From Angustibacter luteus (GTDB lineage: Bacteria; Actinomycetota; Actinomycetes; Actinomycetales; Angustibacteraceae): 64,000 bases of DNA. This document shows, in pieces, positions 26,690 to 35,816 of the stretch. Location of the stretch: NCBI RefSeq assembly GCF_039541115.1, contig NZ_BAABFP010000008.1, forward strand, positions 248,001 to 312,000. Direction: 5' to 3'. Position numbers and translations under genes: made by a program. Numbering within the stretch: the stretch's first letter is position 1; the number at the start of each line of letters is the position of its first letter. The notes beneath the pieces are model-generated. The model was not told where the DNA came from. It made no database searches and saw only the letters and a program-made list of their open reading frames with translations.

Positions 26690-28900
26690 TCAGGACGAGA
26701 CGAGGACCTTCTCGTCCGGGCTGGCCGACGAGTCCGACGCGCTGCGCTTCTCCAGCGACGCGCCCTCGATGTCGACGTTCGGCACGATCCGGTCGAGCCA
26801 CCGCGGCAGCCACCAGGCGCTCTTGCCCAGCACCGTCATGACGGCCGGGATGAGGGTCATCCGCACCAGGAACGCGTCGATCAGGATGCCGGCCGCGAAT
26901 GCGAGACCGATGGACTTGATGATCGGGTCGCTGGGCAGGATGAAGCCGGAGAACACCGAGATCATGATCAACCCGGCGGCGGTGACAACCCTTGCGCTGT
27001 GCCGGAATCCGTCGCGGACGGCGTCCGTCGGGGTCGCCCCGTGGCTGACCTCCTCGTGCATGCGGGAGACCAGGAACACCTGGTAGTCCATGGCGAGCCC
27101 GAAGATGACGCCGATGATCAGGATGGGCAGCAGGCTGACGAGCGGTCCGGTCTGCGCGACACCGAACAGGCCGGCGCCGACGCCCTCCTGGAACACCAGC
27201 GTCACCACGCCGAAGGACCCGACGATGGTCAGCAGGAACCCGGCGATGGCGGTGAGGGGGACGAGCAGCGAGCGGAACGCGATCATCAGCAGCAGCATCG
27301 CGAGCCCGACGACGACGGCCAGGTAGGGCACGAGCGCGTCGGACATCCGCTGGGAGATGTCGATGTTCGTCGCGGTCTGACCGGTGACGGAGAGCTGGGC
27401 GCCGGTCTGCTCCGCGATCGACGGCGCGTCGGCGCGGATGGCCTTGACCAGGTCCGTCGTGGCGGCGGACGACGGCCCGGTGGTCGGGACCACGGTGATG
27501 ATCGCGAGGTCCTTGGCCTCGTTGACGAACGGCGGTGCGACAGCGGCGATGCCGGGCAACGTGCCCAGCCGCGCAGCGGTGGTCTTGGCCGCCTGCGCGG
27601 GGTCGCTCACGCCGTCCAGGTCGGCGACGACGGTCAGTGGCCCGTTGAACCCGGGACCGAACCCGGTGGACAGCAGGTCGTACGCCTGACGCTGGGTCGT
27701 GGCGGGTGCGGCGGTGCCGTCGTCCGGGAGTCCGAGGCGCATGTTCAGCGCCGGTGCGGCGAGCGCGAGCAGCCCGAGCGTGACGGCGACGATGGCGATC
27801 CAGCGACGGCGGATGACCAGGGCGATCCAGCGCGCGCCCATGGTCGGCTTCTCGCCGGCCTCGGCGTCGTGCAGCTCCGCCGAGAACGTCTTGCCCCGGA
27901 CGGCGCGCTTCGCGGCGACCGCGAGTAGCGCCGGCACGAACGTCAGGCTGAGCAGCACCGCGACCGCGACGGCACCGGCGGCGCCGATCCCCATCTGGGC
28001 CAGGAACGGCACGCCCGTGACCGTCAGCGCGACGAGGGCGATGACGACGGTGGCGCCGGCGAACACGACGGCACTGCCCGCCGTCCCGACGGCCTTGGCG
28101 ATCGACGCCTCGATGCTCATGCCGTCCTTCACCTGCGTCCGGTGCCGGGACAGGATGAAGAGCGTGTAGTCGATGCCCACGGCCAGGCCGAGCATGACCG
28201 CGAGGGTCAGCGAGGTATCGGTGAGGTTGGTGAAGCCGCTGGCGAGCGTGATGGCGAGCGCGCCAACGCCGACGCCCAGGATCCCGGTGAGCAGCGGCAG
28301 TCCGGCGGCCAGCAGCGAGCCGAAGGTGACGGTCAGCACGAGCATCGCGACGACGACGCCGAGGCCCTCGCCGAGGTGCGACTCGGCGACGGTCGGCGTC
28401 GCAGCACCGCCGTACTCGACCTGCAAACCCGCTTCCTTCGCCGGCCGGGTCGCCGCGGCGATCGCCTCGGTGTGGGTGGCCGTGACATCCATCGGACCGA
28501 CCGTGAACCCGAGGTCGGAGTAGCCGATCCGGCCGTCCTTCGAGATCGTCTGGGTCACGAACGGGTCGCTGGCCGAGCCGATGTCGGTGACCTTGGCCAG
28601 CGCCGCGACGCTCTGCTCGACGGCGGCCTTGCGGTCGGCCGTCTGCAGCGACTCGCCGGCGGGCGCCGCGAAGACGACCCGCCCGTTGGCCGCGTCCGGG
28701 TTCGCGCCCGGGATCCGCTCGGCCACGAGCTGCGCGGCCTGCTGGGACTCCGTGCCGGGGATGGAGAACTCGGAGGCGAAGGTGCCCTTGAGCCCCATCG
28801 TGAGGCCGCCGAGGACGGCGACGGCGACCAGCCAGCCGATCAGCACGGCGCGACGACGACGGACGGCGAACGCACCGAGCCGGTGCAGGAGGTGAGCCAT
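26690..28900 (-). CDS. MMPL family transporter
   Basis: GLAVGIDYTLF, GFGPGFNGPL and FGLAMDYQVFL; two TM bundles. Confidence 0.95.
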   Translation of the reverse strand: MAHLLHRLGAFAVRRRRAVLIGWLVAVAVLGGLTMGLKGTFASEFSIPGTESQQAAQLVAERIPGANPDAANGRVVFAAPAGESLQTADRKAAVEQSVAALAKVTDIGSASDPFVTQTISKDGRIGYSDLGFTVGPMDVTATHTEAIAAATRPAKEAGLQVEYGGAATPTVAESHLGEGLGVVVAMLVLTVTFGSLLAAGLPLLTGILGVGVGALAITLASGFTNLTDTSLTLAVMLGLAVGIDYTLFILSRHRTQVKDGMSIEASIAKAVGTAGSAVVFAGATVVIALVALTVTGVPFLAQMGIGAAGAVAVAVLLSLTFVPALLAVAAKRAVRGKTFSAELHDAEAGEKPTMGARWIALVIRRRWIAIVAVTLGLLALAAPALNMRLGLPDDGTAAPATTQRQAYDLLSTGFGPGFNGPLTVVADLDGVSDPAQAAKTTAARLGTLPGIAAVAPPFVNEAKDLAIITVVPTTGPSSAATTDLVKAIRADAPSIAEQTGAQLSVTGQTATNIDISQRMSDALVPYLAVVVGLAMLLLMIAFRSLLVPLTAIAGFLLTIVGSFGVVTLVFQEGVGAGLFGVAQTGPLVSLLPILIIGVIFGLAMDYQVFLVSRMHEEVSHGATPTDAVRDGFRHSARVVTAAGLIMISVFSGFILPSDPIIKSIGLAFAAGILIDAFLVRMTLIPAVMTVLGKSAWWLPRWLDRIVPNVDIEGASLEKRSASDSSASPDEKVLVSS

Positions 28901-29012
28901 GAAGGACTTCCAAGTCTGGAGGAGGTGCCGGGAGGTGCGAAGGGTGGCGAGGCCAGGCGGACGGGCGCCATTGCCTCGAGCCGACACTGCACAGTAGAGG
29001 AAACTCGCATGG

Positions 29013-29051
29013 CATTGCAACTTCGCAATGTCTTGCGACTTCGGCTAGGGT
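29013..29051. promoter_or_regulatory. TetR operator palindrome and tetR promoter
   Basis: CATTGC-AACTTC-GCAATG (29013-29030); TCGCAA-N17-TAGGGT-N7-ATG 29059. Confidence 0.6.
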
Positions 29052-29058
29052 GACCGAC

Positions 29059-29670
29059 ATGGCCACCACCGACGCTGCCCTCGGGCTCCGCGAGCGCAAG
29101 AACGCGCAGACGCGGCGGGCGATCGTGCAGTCGGCCGCCGAGCTGACCATCGAGGGCGGCTACGCCGCGGCGACGATCCCGCGGATCGCCGAGCGGGCGG
29201 ACGTCGCGCCCCGCACGGTGTCGACGTGGTTCCCCGCCAAGGACGACATCCTGTTCCTCGGCATCGACGAGGCCATCGCCCGGGCGACCTGGCACCTACG
29301 GCAGGGCCCCGGCGACGTCGTCGACCGGATCGAGGCGTGGATCGCCGACGAGTCCGGCCGCGAGCAGCCCGACCCGGAGATCGCCCGCCTCTGCGACGCC
29401 GCGATCACCCACGACGCCGAGCTGCGCGCCCGCACCCACCAGCGCCTGGAGCAGGTCCAGTCGGAGATCGCGGAGGCCGTCGCCCGCGACCTCGGCGTCG
29501 CCGCGCACGACGTGGGGCCGCAGACCTTCGCCGGGGCGACCGTGTCACTGCTGTTCGCCCTGCGCGCGATCGGGCTCGAGGCGCCCGACGACGGCACGGC
29601 ACAGCTGGCCGTCGGCTTCAGGTTCCTGCGCGCCGGCCTGGGCGCGCTCACCGGCACCTCCGACCGCTGA
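29059..29670 (+). CDS. TetR family regulator (divergent from MMPL)
   Basis: GLRERKNAQTR and ATIPRIAERADVAPRTVSTWFPAK; alternative GTG at 29050. Confidence 0.92.
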   Translation: MATTDAALGLRERKNAQTRRAIVQSAAELTIEGGYAAATIPRIAERADVAPRTVSTWFPAKDDILFLGIDEAIARATWHLRQGPGDVVDRIEAWIADESGREQPDPEIARLCDAAITHDAELRARTHQRLEQVQSEIAEAVARDLGVAAHDVGPQTFAGATVSLLFALRAIGLEAPDDGTAQLAVGFRFLRAGLGALTGTSDR

Positions 29671-29674
29671 CGGC

Positions 29675-29691
29675 TCACCCGGCCCGGGTGA
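29675..29691 (+). promoter_or_regulatory. Palindromic activator-like site 4 upstream of DUF1269/amphi-Trp pair
   Basis: TCACCC-GGCCC-GGGTGA; -10-like CACGAT at 29714-29719, 22 nt downstream. Confidence 0.65.
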
Positions 29692-29752
29692 GGTCAGAGC
29701 CGACCACTGCTCACACGATGGTGGCAACCCACTCTGCGGCAAGGGAGCCCTC

Positions 29753-30325
29753 ATGTCAGACGACCAGACCCCGACCACCCCGACCTCGTCCGACCCCTCG
29801 GTCGTGGCTGCCGCGACCGACGGCACGTACACCCTCATCGTCGCCGACTTCGCCGACACCGACGCGGCTTGGGAGGCCTACGAGGCACTGAAGTCCGTCG
29901 AGGACGGGCGGACCGTCGAAATCGAGGGCGTGGTCGTGGTCAAGCGCGACGCCGACGGCAAGCTCGAGGTGCAGAAGGCCACCGACCACAGCACCAGGTC
30001 GGGCCTGAAGTGGGGCCTGGTGGGCGGCATCGCGCTCGGCATCATCTTCCCGCCATCCATCCTCGGCAGCGCGGCAGCCCTCGGTGCGGCCGGTGCCGCC
30101 ACCGGCAAGGTCCGCCAGCTGCACCACCGCAGCGAGGTCGCGGACCAGCTCGAGGACACCATCGCCCCCGGGCACTCCGGCATCGTCGCCCTGGTCTCCG
30201 ACCCAGCCGCCGTCGAGCTGCGCAAGGCGCTCGCCGCTGCCGACGCGATCGTCAACGCTGCCATCGACGACGTGGTGGCCAAGGACATCAAGGCCGCCGC
30301 CAAGGAGGCGGACGCGGATGACTAG
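29753..30325 (+). CDS. DUF1269-like protein (second copy)
   Basis: VVVVKRDADGKLEV, GLKWGLVGGIALGIIFPP and IAPGHSGIVAL. Confidence 0.8.
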   Translation: MSDDQTPTTPTSSDPSVVAAATDGTYTLIVADFADTDAAWEAYEALKSVEDGRTVEIEGVVVVKRDADGKLEVQKATDHSTRSGLKWGLVGGIALGIIFPPSILGSAAALGAAGAATGKVRQLHHRSEVADQLEDTIAPGHSGIVALVSDPAAVELRKALAAADAIVNAAIDDVVAKDIKAAAKEADADD

Positions 30326-30584
30326 CCGCGACGAGCGCGAGGTCGAGAAGATCTACTCCGTCCCCGAGCTCGTTGCCAAGCTCCGGCGCCTCGCCGACGC
30401 CTTGGAGGCCGACAAGCCGTTCCGCATCCAGATCGCCGGCGAGCGCATCTGGGTCCCGGCTCGCGCCCAGTTCTCCATCGCGCACGAGCGCGAGGAGGAC
30501 GAGGAGGAGATCGAGTTCCAGTTCACCTGGCGCCTCGAACCCGACGACTCCGACGACGACTCGGACGACGCCCCGCTGGTCTGA
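30318..30584 (+). CDS. Amphi-Trp domain protein
   Basis: ELVAKLRRLADALE...IAHERE...EIEFQFTW. Confidence 0.8.
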   Translation: MTSRDEREVEKIYSVPELVAKLRRLADALEADKPFRIQIAGERIWVPARAQFSIAHEREEDEEEIEFQFTWRLEPDDSDDDSDDAPLV

Positions 30585-30602
30585 GCGCCGAGCAGGAACC
30601 CG

Positions 30603-30662
30603 CTGACCTGACGCAGATGGGGCACTTCGGAGGTCCGAGGTGCCCCATCTTCGTCAGGTCAG
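30603..30662. terminator. Long intergenic palindrome between convergent genes (bidirectional terminator or REP-like)
   Basis: CTGACCTGACG-C-AGATGGGGCAC-T-TCGG / CCGA-G-GTGCCCCATCT-T-CGTCAGGTCAG. Confidence 0.65.
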
Positions 30663-30685
30663 TGCGGGCTCGGCGACGACGGGCG

Positions 30686-31057
30686 TCAGTGGAGCTGCGA
30701 GCGCCAGTCGGCGGGCACCCGGCCGGGCGGGCCCGGCGTCCCCTGGTCCTCGGGGTGCTCGAGCGGCGGCGCGAGCTCGGGACCCTCGTACATCTGCTCG
30801 TCCCGGTAGTCGAAGAACCAGTCCTCGCCGGGTTCGAAGCTGCGGATGAGCGGGTGCCCGGTGGCGCGGAAGTGGGCGGTGGCGTGCTGGGACGGCGAGG
30901 TGTCGCAGCAGCCGATGTGGCCGCAGGCGGCGCACCGGCGCAGGTGCACCCACCAGCCGCCGGCTTCATCGCACTCTGCGCACCCGGTGCCGCTGGGGGC
31001 CACGGAGGGGTCCAGCACTGCGGGGTCTGACCCTGCCCCTGTATTCGAGTCCGTCAT
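30686..31057 (-). CDS. UBP-type zinc finger protein
   Basis: CAEC...WVHLRRCAACGHIGCCDTSPSQHATAH...SFEPGEDW. Confidence 0.9.
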   Translation of the reverse strand: MTDSNTGAGSDPAVLDPSVAPSGTGCAECDEAGGWWVHLRRCAACGHIGCCDTSPSQHATAHFRATGHPLIRSFEPGEDWFFDYRDEQMYEGPELAPPLEHPEDQGTPGPPGRVPADWRSQLH

Positions 31058-31130
31058 GGGGCCAGCATCGCACCTTGATCCACCCACCCGGGGGTGCCGC
31101 TCATCGGGCGACATCTGACACGATGAGTGC

Positions 31131-32720
31131 ATGAGTGGTGACGGCACCGGGACCGAGCGAGCGGACGCCCCGACGTCCGGTCCCGTCCCCTTCGTCCCGT
31201 CTGGAGCACCTTCGGGCGGGGACGACGCGCGGCCGCAGATCGCCGAGCAGGCCGTCGAGATCCTGGCTCGCGCGCAGCAGCTCGCGGACGGGCTGGTCGC
31301 ACAGGCCGAGGAGCACGCGAACCGGGTCCGGACGGCCGCTGACACCGAGTCGAAGCGGCTGCTGACCGACGCGCGTGAGGACGCCGGTCGGCTGAGCAGC
31401 GAGACGGCGACCAAGCGCGCCGAGATCGAGCAGTTCCACTCGGGCGCGCAGCGAGCGGCGCGCGAGGCCGAGCTGCACCGCAGCGAGGCCGAGCGGGTGC
31501 TGGAATCCGCCCGGGCCGAGGCGCACCACCTCGTGCAGGACGCGGCCGAGCAGGCCTCGCTGACCCTGGCGTCCGCCGACACCACGTCCGAGGACCTGGT
31601 CACCACCGCCCGGGACGAGGCCACCCGGGTCCGCACGGACAGTCGGCGCGAGGCCGACCACCGGCTGTCCGGGGCGACGGTCGAGGCGGCCCGAGCGCGA
31701 GACAGCGCGCGCGACGAGGCGGAGATGACCCGCGAGCTCGCCGCCCAGCGGCTCTTCGAGCTGCGCGAGCGGCAGGCCGACCTGGTCGCGGCGCACGAGC
31801 TCACCGAACGACGACGCCGGGCACAGCTGGATGAGGACGTCGAGCGCATCCTGGCCAGCGCCGAGGAGGACGCCGACGAGCACCGCGCGCAGGCGCAGGC
31901 CGAGGCGGACCGGGTCCGCGCCGAGCTGGCCGAGCAGCGCGACGCGGTGGCGCACGAGCTGGAGCAGCAGCAGACCGAGGGCGACAAGCACGTCGCGGCC
32001 CGGGTGGCCGAAGCCGACGAGCAGCTCGCCTGGGCCAAGCGAACCGTCGAGGAGCTACTGGCCACCGCCGCCGCGGAGGTGGCCCGCACCAAGGAGCAGG
32101 CGGACGACGCCGCCGCCCGTCACCTGGAGAACACCCGGGCCCGCGCCGAGAAGATGATCGCCGACGCCGCCGCCGACCGGGACGCCCGTCAGGTCGAGCA
32201 CGAAGCCGAGCTGGCCCGCCAGCTCGCCGAGGCCGAGGCGACGTTGGCCCGGGCCGAGCAGGACGCCGACCGGCACCGCGAGGAGGTCGCGGGTGAGGCC
32301 GAGCGGCTGGCCGCGCAGGCCCATGAGGACGAGCTGCGCGCCAACGAACGGGCCCAGCGCCGGCTGGACGAGGCGGACAGCGGAGCCCGGAGCCTGCGCG
32401 AGCGGGCCGCGGACAACCTGTCCAAGGCCCAGGTCGAGGCCCACGAGCTCCGTCGCAACACCCGCGCGGAGGCCAGCGAGCTGCTCGCCTCGGCCCGCGC
32501 CGAGGCCGACCAGCTGCGCGCCGAGGCTCGCGAGCTGCTGGCCAGCGCCCGGGCCGAGGTCGGCGCCCTCGCCGAGCGCCGCGCGGCGATCGAGCGCGAG
32601 CTCGGCAGCCTGTCCGGCGTGATCGAGGCGCTCGCCGTCCCCGAGTCCGACCCCGACGACCAGCACCAGGACGACGTCGTCGATGCAGACCAGCACGAGC
32701 ACCAGCAGTCCACCACCTGA
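31131..32720 (+). CDS. Long Ala/Glu/Arg coiled-coil protein, short Scy-like
   Basis: Continuous coiled-coil; C-terminus ERRAAIERELGSLSGVIEAL resembles the Scy C-terminus; precedes FilP-like gene. Confidence 0.65.
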   Translation: MSGDGTGTERADAPTSGPVPFVPSGAPSGGDDARPQIAEQAVEILARAQQLADGLVAQAEEHANRVRTAADTESKRLLTDAREDAGRLSSETATKRAEIEQFHSGAQRAAREAELHRSEAERVLESARAEAHHLVQDAAEQASLTLASADTTSEDLVTTARDEATRVRTDSRREADHRLSGATVEAARARDSARDEAEMTRELAAQRLFELRERQADLVAAHELTERRRRAQLDEDVERILASAEEDADEHRAQAQAEADRVRAELAEQRDAVAHELEQQQTEGDKHVAARVAEADEQLAWAKRTVEELLATAAAEVARTKEQADDAAARHLENTRARAEKMIADAAADRDARQVEHEAELARQLAEAEATLARAEQDADRHREEVAGEAERLAAQAHEDELRANERAQRRLDEADSGARSLRERAADNLSKAQVEAHELRRNTRAEASELLASARAEADQLRAEARELLASARAEVGALAERRAAIERELGSLSGVIEALAVPESDPDDQHQDDVVDADQHEHQQSTT

Positions 32721-32757
32721 CCCTGCCCTTCCCCAACCCAGAGGTAATGAGACGGAC

Positions 32758-33888
32758 ATGAGCGACACCCCCCAGTTCCGCACCGTGCTGCGCGGCTACG
32801 AGCCCGCCGAGGTCGACGCCACCATCCGCGACCTGCGCGAGCAGCTCGCGCGCACCCGCGAGTCCGCCGGCCAGACCGGCGAGGCGAACGCCCGCGCCGA
32901 GGAGCTGTCGGCCCGGGTCCGCCAGCTCGAGGGCGAGGCCGCGGTCCGTCAGGCCGAGCCGCCCGCCGACACCACGCCGACGTTCGAGGCGCTGGGCGCT
33001 CGCGTCGTCCAGATCCTCGGCCTGGCCGAGGACGAGGCGGCCGACCTGCGCGCGAAGGCGCAGGCGGACGCCGACGAGCTGCAGCACCACGTGTCCGCGG
33101 AGTCCGAGAAGGCGCGCAGCGACGCCGACCGCTACGCGGAGGAGAAGCGCGGCGCCGCGGACGCCGAGGCCGAGCGGATCATCGAGGACGCCAAGCGCAA
33201 GGCCGACGAGATGCTCGACGACGCCGACCGCACCTCGACGACCCGCCGCGAGGAGGCGGAGGCCGTCTACGAGAACCAGCGCGCCAACGCCGCCCGGGCG
33301 GCCGCCGACTTCGAGACCACGCTGGCCCAGCGCCGGCAGCGCTCGGAGAAGGAGTTCATGGAGCGCAGCCAGGCCGCCGAGGCCGAGTTCGAGGCGCTGC
33401 AGGGCCGCAGCGACGCGTTGCGCCAGGAGTCCGAGCGGGCTCAGCGCGAGGCTGCGTCGCAGGCCGCCCAGGACGTGCAGAACGCCCGCCGGCAGGCCGA
33501 CGAGATCGTCTCGCAGGCCGAGCAGCGCGCCGCCCGGATCCGGGCCGAGTCCGAGCGCGAGCTCGCCGCCTCGACCCAGCGTCGGGACAGCATCAACGCC
33601 CAGCTCACCAACGTCCGGCAGATGCTGGCCACGTTGTCCGGCACCACGCCGGCCGCGCTCGCCGCGCTCGGTCAGGACGACGAGCCCGCCGAGGCTGCTG
33701 AGACCACGGAGACCGATGCCGCTGAGACCGACGAGGCCACCGCAGAGGCGGCCGAGCAGGTCGAGGACGCCGACGCCGACGGCGCGGACGAGGCCGACGA
33801 GATCGACGTCACCGACGAGGCGATCGAGGGCGACGACGACAGCGCGGACGTCGAGGAGTCCGAGCAGGCGCCCGCCCAGGGTCGCTGA
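32758..33888 (+). CDS. FilP/AbpS-like coiled-coil protein with DivIVA-like N-terminus and acidic tail
   Basis: FRTVLRGYEPAEVD, LGARVVQILGLAEDEA and RRDSINAQLTNVRQMLATLSG. Confidence 0.78.
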   Translation: MSDTPQFRTVLRGYEPAEVDATIRDLREQLARTRESAGQTGEANARAEELSARVRQLEGEAAVRQAEPPADTTPTFEALGARVVQILGLAEDEAADLRAKAQADADELQHHVSAESEKARSDADRYAEEKRGAADAEAERIIEDAKRKADEMLDDADRTSTTRREEAEAVYENQRANAARAAADFETTLAQRRQRSEKEFMERSQAAEAEFEALQGRSDALRQESERAQREAASQAAQDVQNARRQADEIVSQAEQRAARIRAESERELAASTQRRDSINAQLTNVRQMLATLSGTTPAALAALGQDDEPAEAAETTETDAAETDEATAEAAEQVEDADADGADEADEIDVTDEAIEGDDDSADVEESEQAPAQGR

Positions 33889-33919
33889 CTGCACGACTGC
33901 AGCGGGACGCGACAGACCT

Positions 33920-35008
33920 GTGACCGCCGGACGGCCAGCAGCACCACCGCTGGCCGTCCGGCGTCTGCGCACCCAGGGCCTGACCCACCCGGACGCGACC
34001 ACGCCGGAGCAGGTGGTCGACCGGCTGCTCGCCGTCCAGGCCCAGGACCCGCGCGGCTTCCGGCTCGCCGTCCGCAGCCGCTCCACGGGCCTGACCAGCC
34101 AGGCCGTCGACACCGCCCTGAGCGAGCCGCGCAGCCTGGTGGTCAACTGGCTGCACCGTGGCACGCTGCACCTCGTCGGCGCCGGCGACTACTGGTGGCT
34201 GCACCCGCTGACCACCCCGCAGCTGGCCACCGCGAGCGCCCGCCGGCTGGAGCAGGAGGGGGTCTCGCCGCAGCAGGCCGCGCGCGGTGCCGAGCTGATC
34301 ATGGACGCCGTCGCGTCCGGACCGCAGACCCGCACCGCCCTGCGCGCCCTGCTGGACGAGCACCAGGTCCCCACCCAGCGGCAGGCGCTCGTGCACGTGC
34401 TGCTCGCGACCTGCCTGCGGTACGACCTCGTGCGCGGCCCGGTGGTGGGCGGCGAGCAGGCGTTCGTCAGCGCCGCGCAGTGGCTGGGGCGGCCACCCCC
34501 GCCGCTCGACCGCGACGAGGCGCTGGCCCGGCTGGCCCGGCGCTACCTGGTCGGCCACGCGCCGGCCACGGCCGACGACCTCGCGTACTGGGCCGGCATC
34601 ACCCTGGGCGACGCCCGCCGCGCCTTCGCGGCGGTCGCCGGCGAGACGACGTCCGACGACGACGGCCAGACCTGGCTCACCGACTCAGCCGATGCAGCCG
34701 AGTCGGCCGGGGACGTCGTCCCGGCACCGCGGCTGCTCGGTCCGTTCGACCCGGTGCTGCACGGCTGGCGGTCCCGCGACCCGCTGCTTCGCGGCCACGT
34801 GGGCGTGGTGACCAGCAACGGCGTCTTCCGGCCGTCCGCGCTGGTCGACGGCGGGATCGTGGCGACCTGGCGGCTGGCCGCCGGCACGCTCACGATCCAG
34901 CCGCTCGAACCGATCGCGCAACGGGACCGGAAGCAGCTGACCCGCGACGCCGCCGACGTCCTCGCCTACCTCGGCCAGGCCGAACGTCCCGCCGAGTTCA
35001 CCGACTGA
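33920..35008 (+). CDS. HTH_42 winged-helix protein (AlkZ/YcaQ-like DNA glycosylase family)
   Basis: AVQAQD, WLHRGTLHL, RYLVGHAPATADDLAYWAG, LLGPFD and NGVFRP. Confidence 0.85.
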   Translation: MTAGRPAAPPLAVRRLRTQGLTHPDATTPEQVVDRLLAVQAQDPRGFRLAVRSRSTGLTSQAVDTALSEPRSLVVNWLHRGTLHLVGAGDYWWLHPLTTPQLATASARRLEQEGVSPQQAARGAELIMDAVASGPQTRTALRALLDEHQVPTQRQALVHVLLATCLRYDLVRGPVVGGEQAFVSAAQWLGRPPPPLDRDEALARLARRYLVGHAPATADDLAYWAGITLGDARRAFAAVAGETTSDDDGQTWLTDSADAAESAGDVVPAPRLLGPFDPVLHGWRSRDPLLRGHVGVVTSNGVFRPSALVDGGIVATWRLAAGTLTIQPLEPIAQRDRKQLTRDAADVLAYLGQAERPAEFTD

Positions 35009-35035
35009 CCAGACCCGCGGCCTCGGTCTCCCCCG

Positions 35036-35695
35036 TCAGTCGAACGCCGTCCACTGGCCCTCGGAGACCACCTCGACGGCCCCGTCGACGACGGTGATGG
35101 CGGTCTGTTCGTCGATGGCGTAGGCCGGGCCACCGAGGTCGGCCGCCCACCGCTGCGCCTCGTCCGGGGTGTTGGTCGGGAAGGCGTTCAGGTGCGGAAA
35201 GATCGAGAAGTCGACGATGCCCAGCGTGCGGTCGTCCGGCGCGGACGGCCACTGCACGAAGGACGCGCCGATCCGTGGCGTCATGACCATGCTTCCGGCG
35301 CTCACCCCCACCCAGACCTTGTCGGGCAGCGACGGCAGCAGCTCGGCCAGGCCGGACTCCCGCATCCAGTGGCTCAGGTACGTCGCGTCCCCGCCGTCCA
35401 CGAGGAGCACGTCAGCCTCCTCGACCCAGGGGACCCACCGCTGCGCTCCGATCGAGGGCAGGGCGGTCAGCTCGAGGACACCCAAGGACGCCCAGCCCAG
35501 CCCGGTGAAGTGGCGGAAGTCGGGCTCCGCGGCGACCAGGCCCCGCACCGACGCTGGTCCGCACATCGGGTGACCCCACTGTGCTGTCGGCACGACGAGC
35601 GCGTGGCACTCGTCGATCGGCTTGCCGAGAAGCCGCACGAGCGCCGAGCGGATGCTCGCGTTCGTGACGCCGCCTGACGTGAGCAACAGCTTCAT
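35036..35695 (-). CDS. Peptidase S51 (dipeptidase E-like)
   Basis: LLLTSGG, DGGD, GVSAGS, PHL and YAIDEQTAI. Confidence 0.88.
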   Translation of the reverse strand: MKLLLTSGGVTNASIRSALVRLLGKPIDECHALVVPTAQWGHPMCGPASVRGLVAAEPDFRHFTGLGWASLGVLELTALPSIGAQRWVPWVEEADVLLVDGGDATYLSHWMRESGLAELLPSLPDKVWVGVSAGSMVMTPRIGASFVQWPSAPDDRTLGIVDFSIFPHLNAFPTNTPDEAQRWAADLGGPAYAIDEQTAITVVDGAVEVVSEGQWTAFD

Positions 35696-35816
35696 CCGTG
35701 CCTCCCTGGTTGCGCGCCCACCGGTGGGCCCCCTGAAGACTCCGTCCCCTGCTCCGACTCATCGCCGATTGCCTGCCGTGGCGGGCCGGCCTGACTGCTC
35801 GTCGTCGAGATGGCGG

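Noticed and set aside
31080..31097. CCACCC-ACCCGG-GGGTGC as a fifth copy of the regulon palindrome
   Set aside because: The spacer is 6 rather than 5 nt and both half-sites deviate from consensus.
32758..33888. Calling this gene divIVA/wag31
   Set aside because: Not in the dcw cluster; internal and C-terminal motifs match FilP/AbpS better.
1..35000. Prophage, ICE or anti-phage defence island
   Set aside because: No integrase, transposase, phage structural, conjugation or recognisable defence genes were seen.
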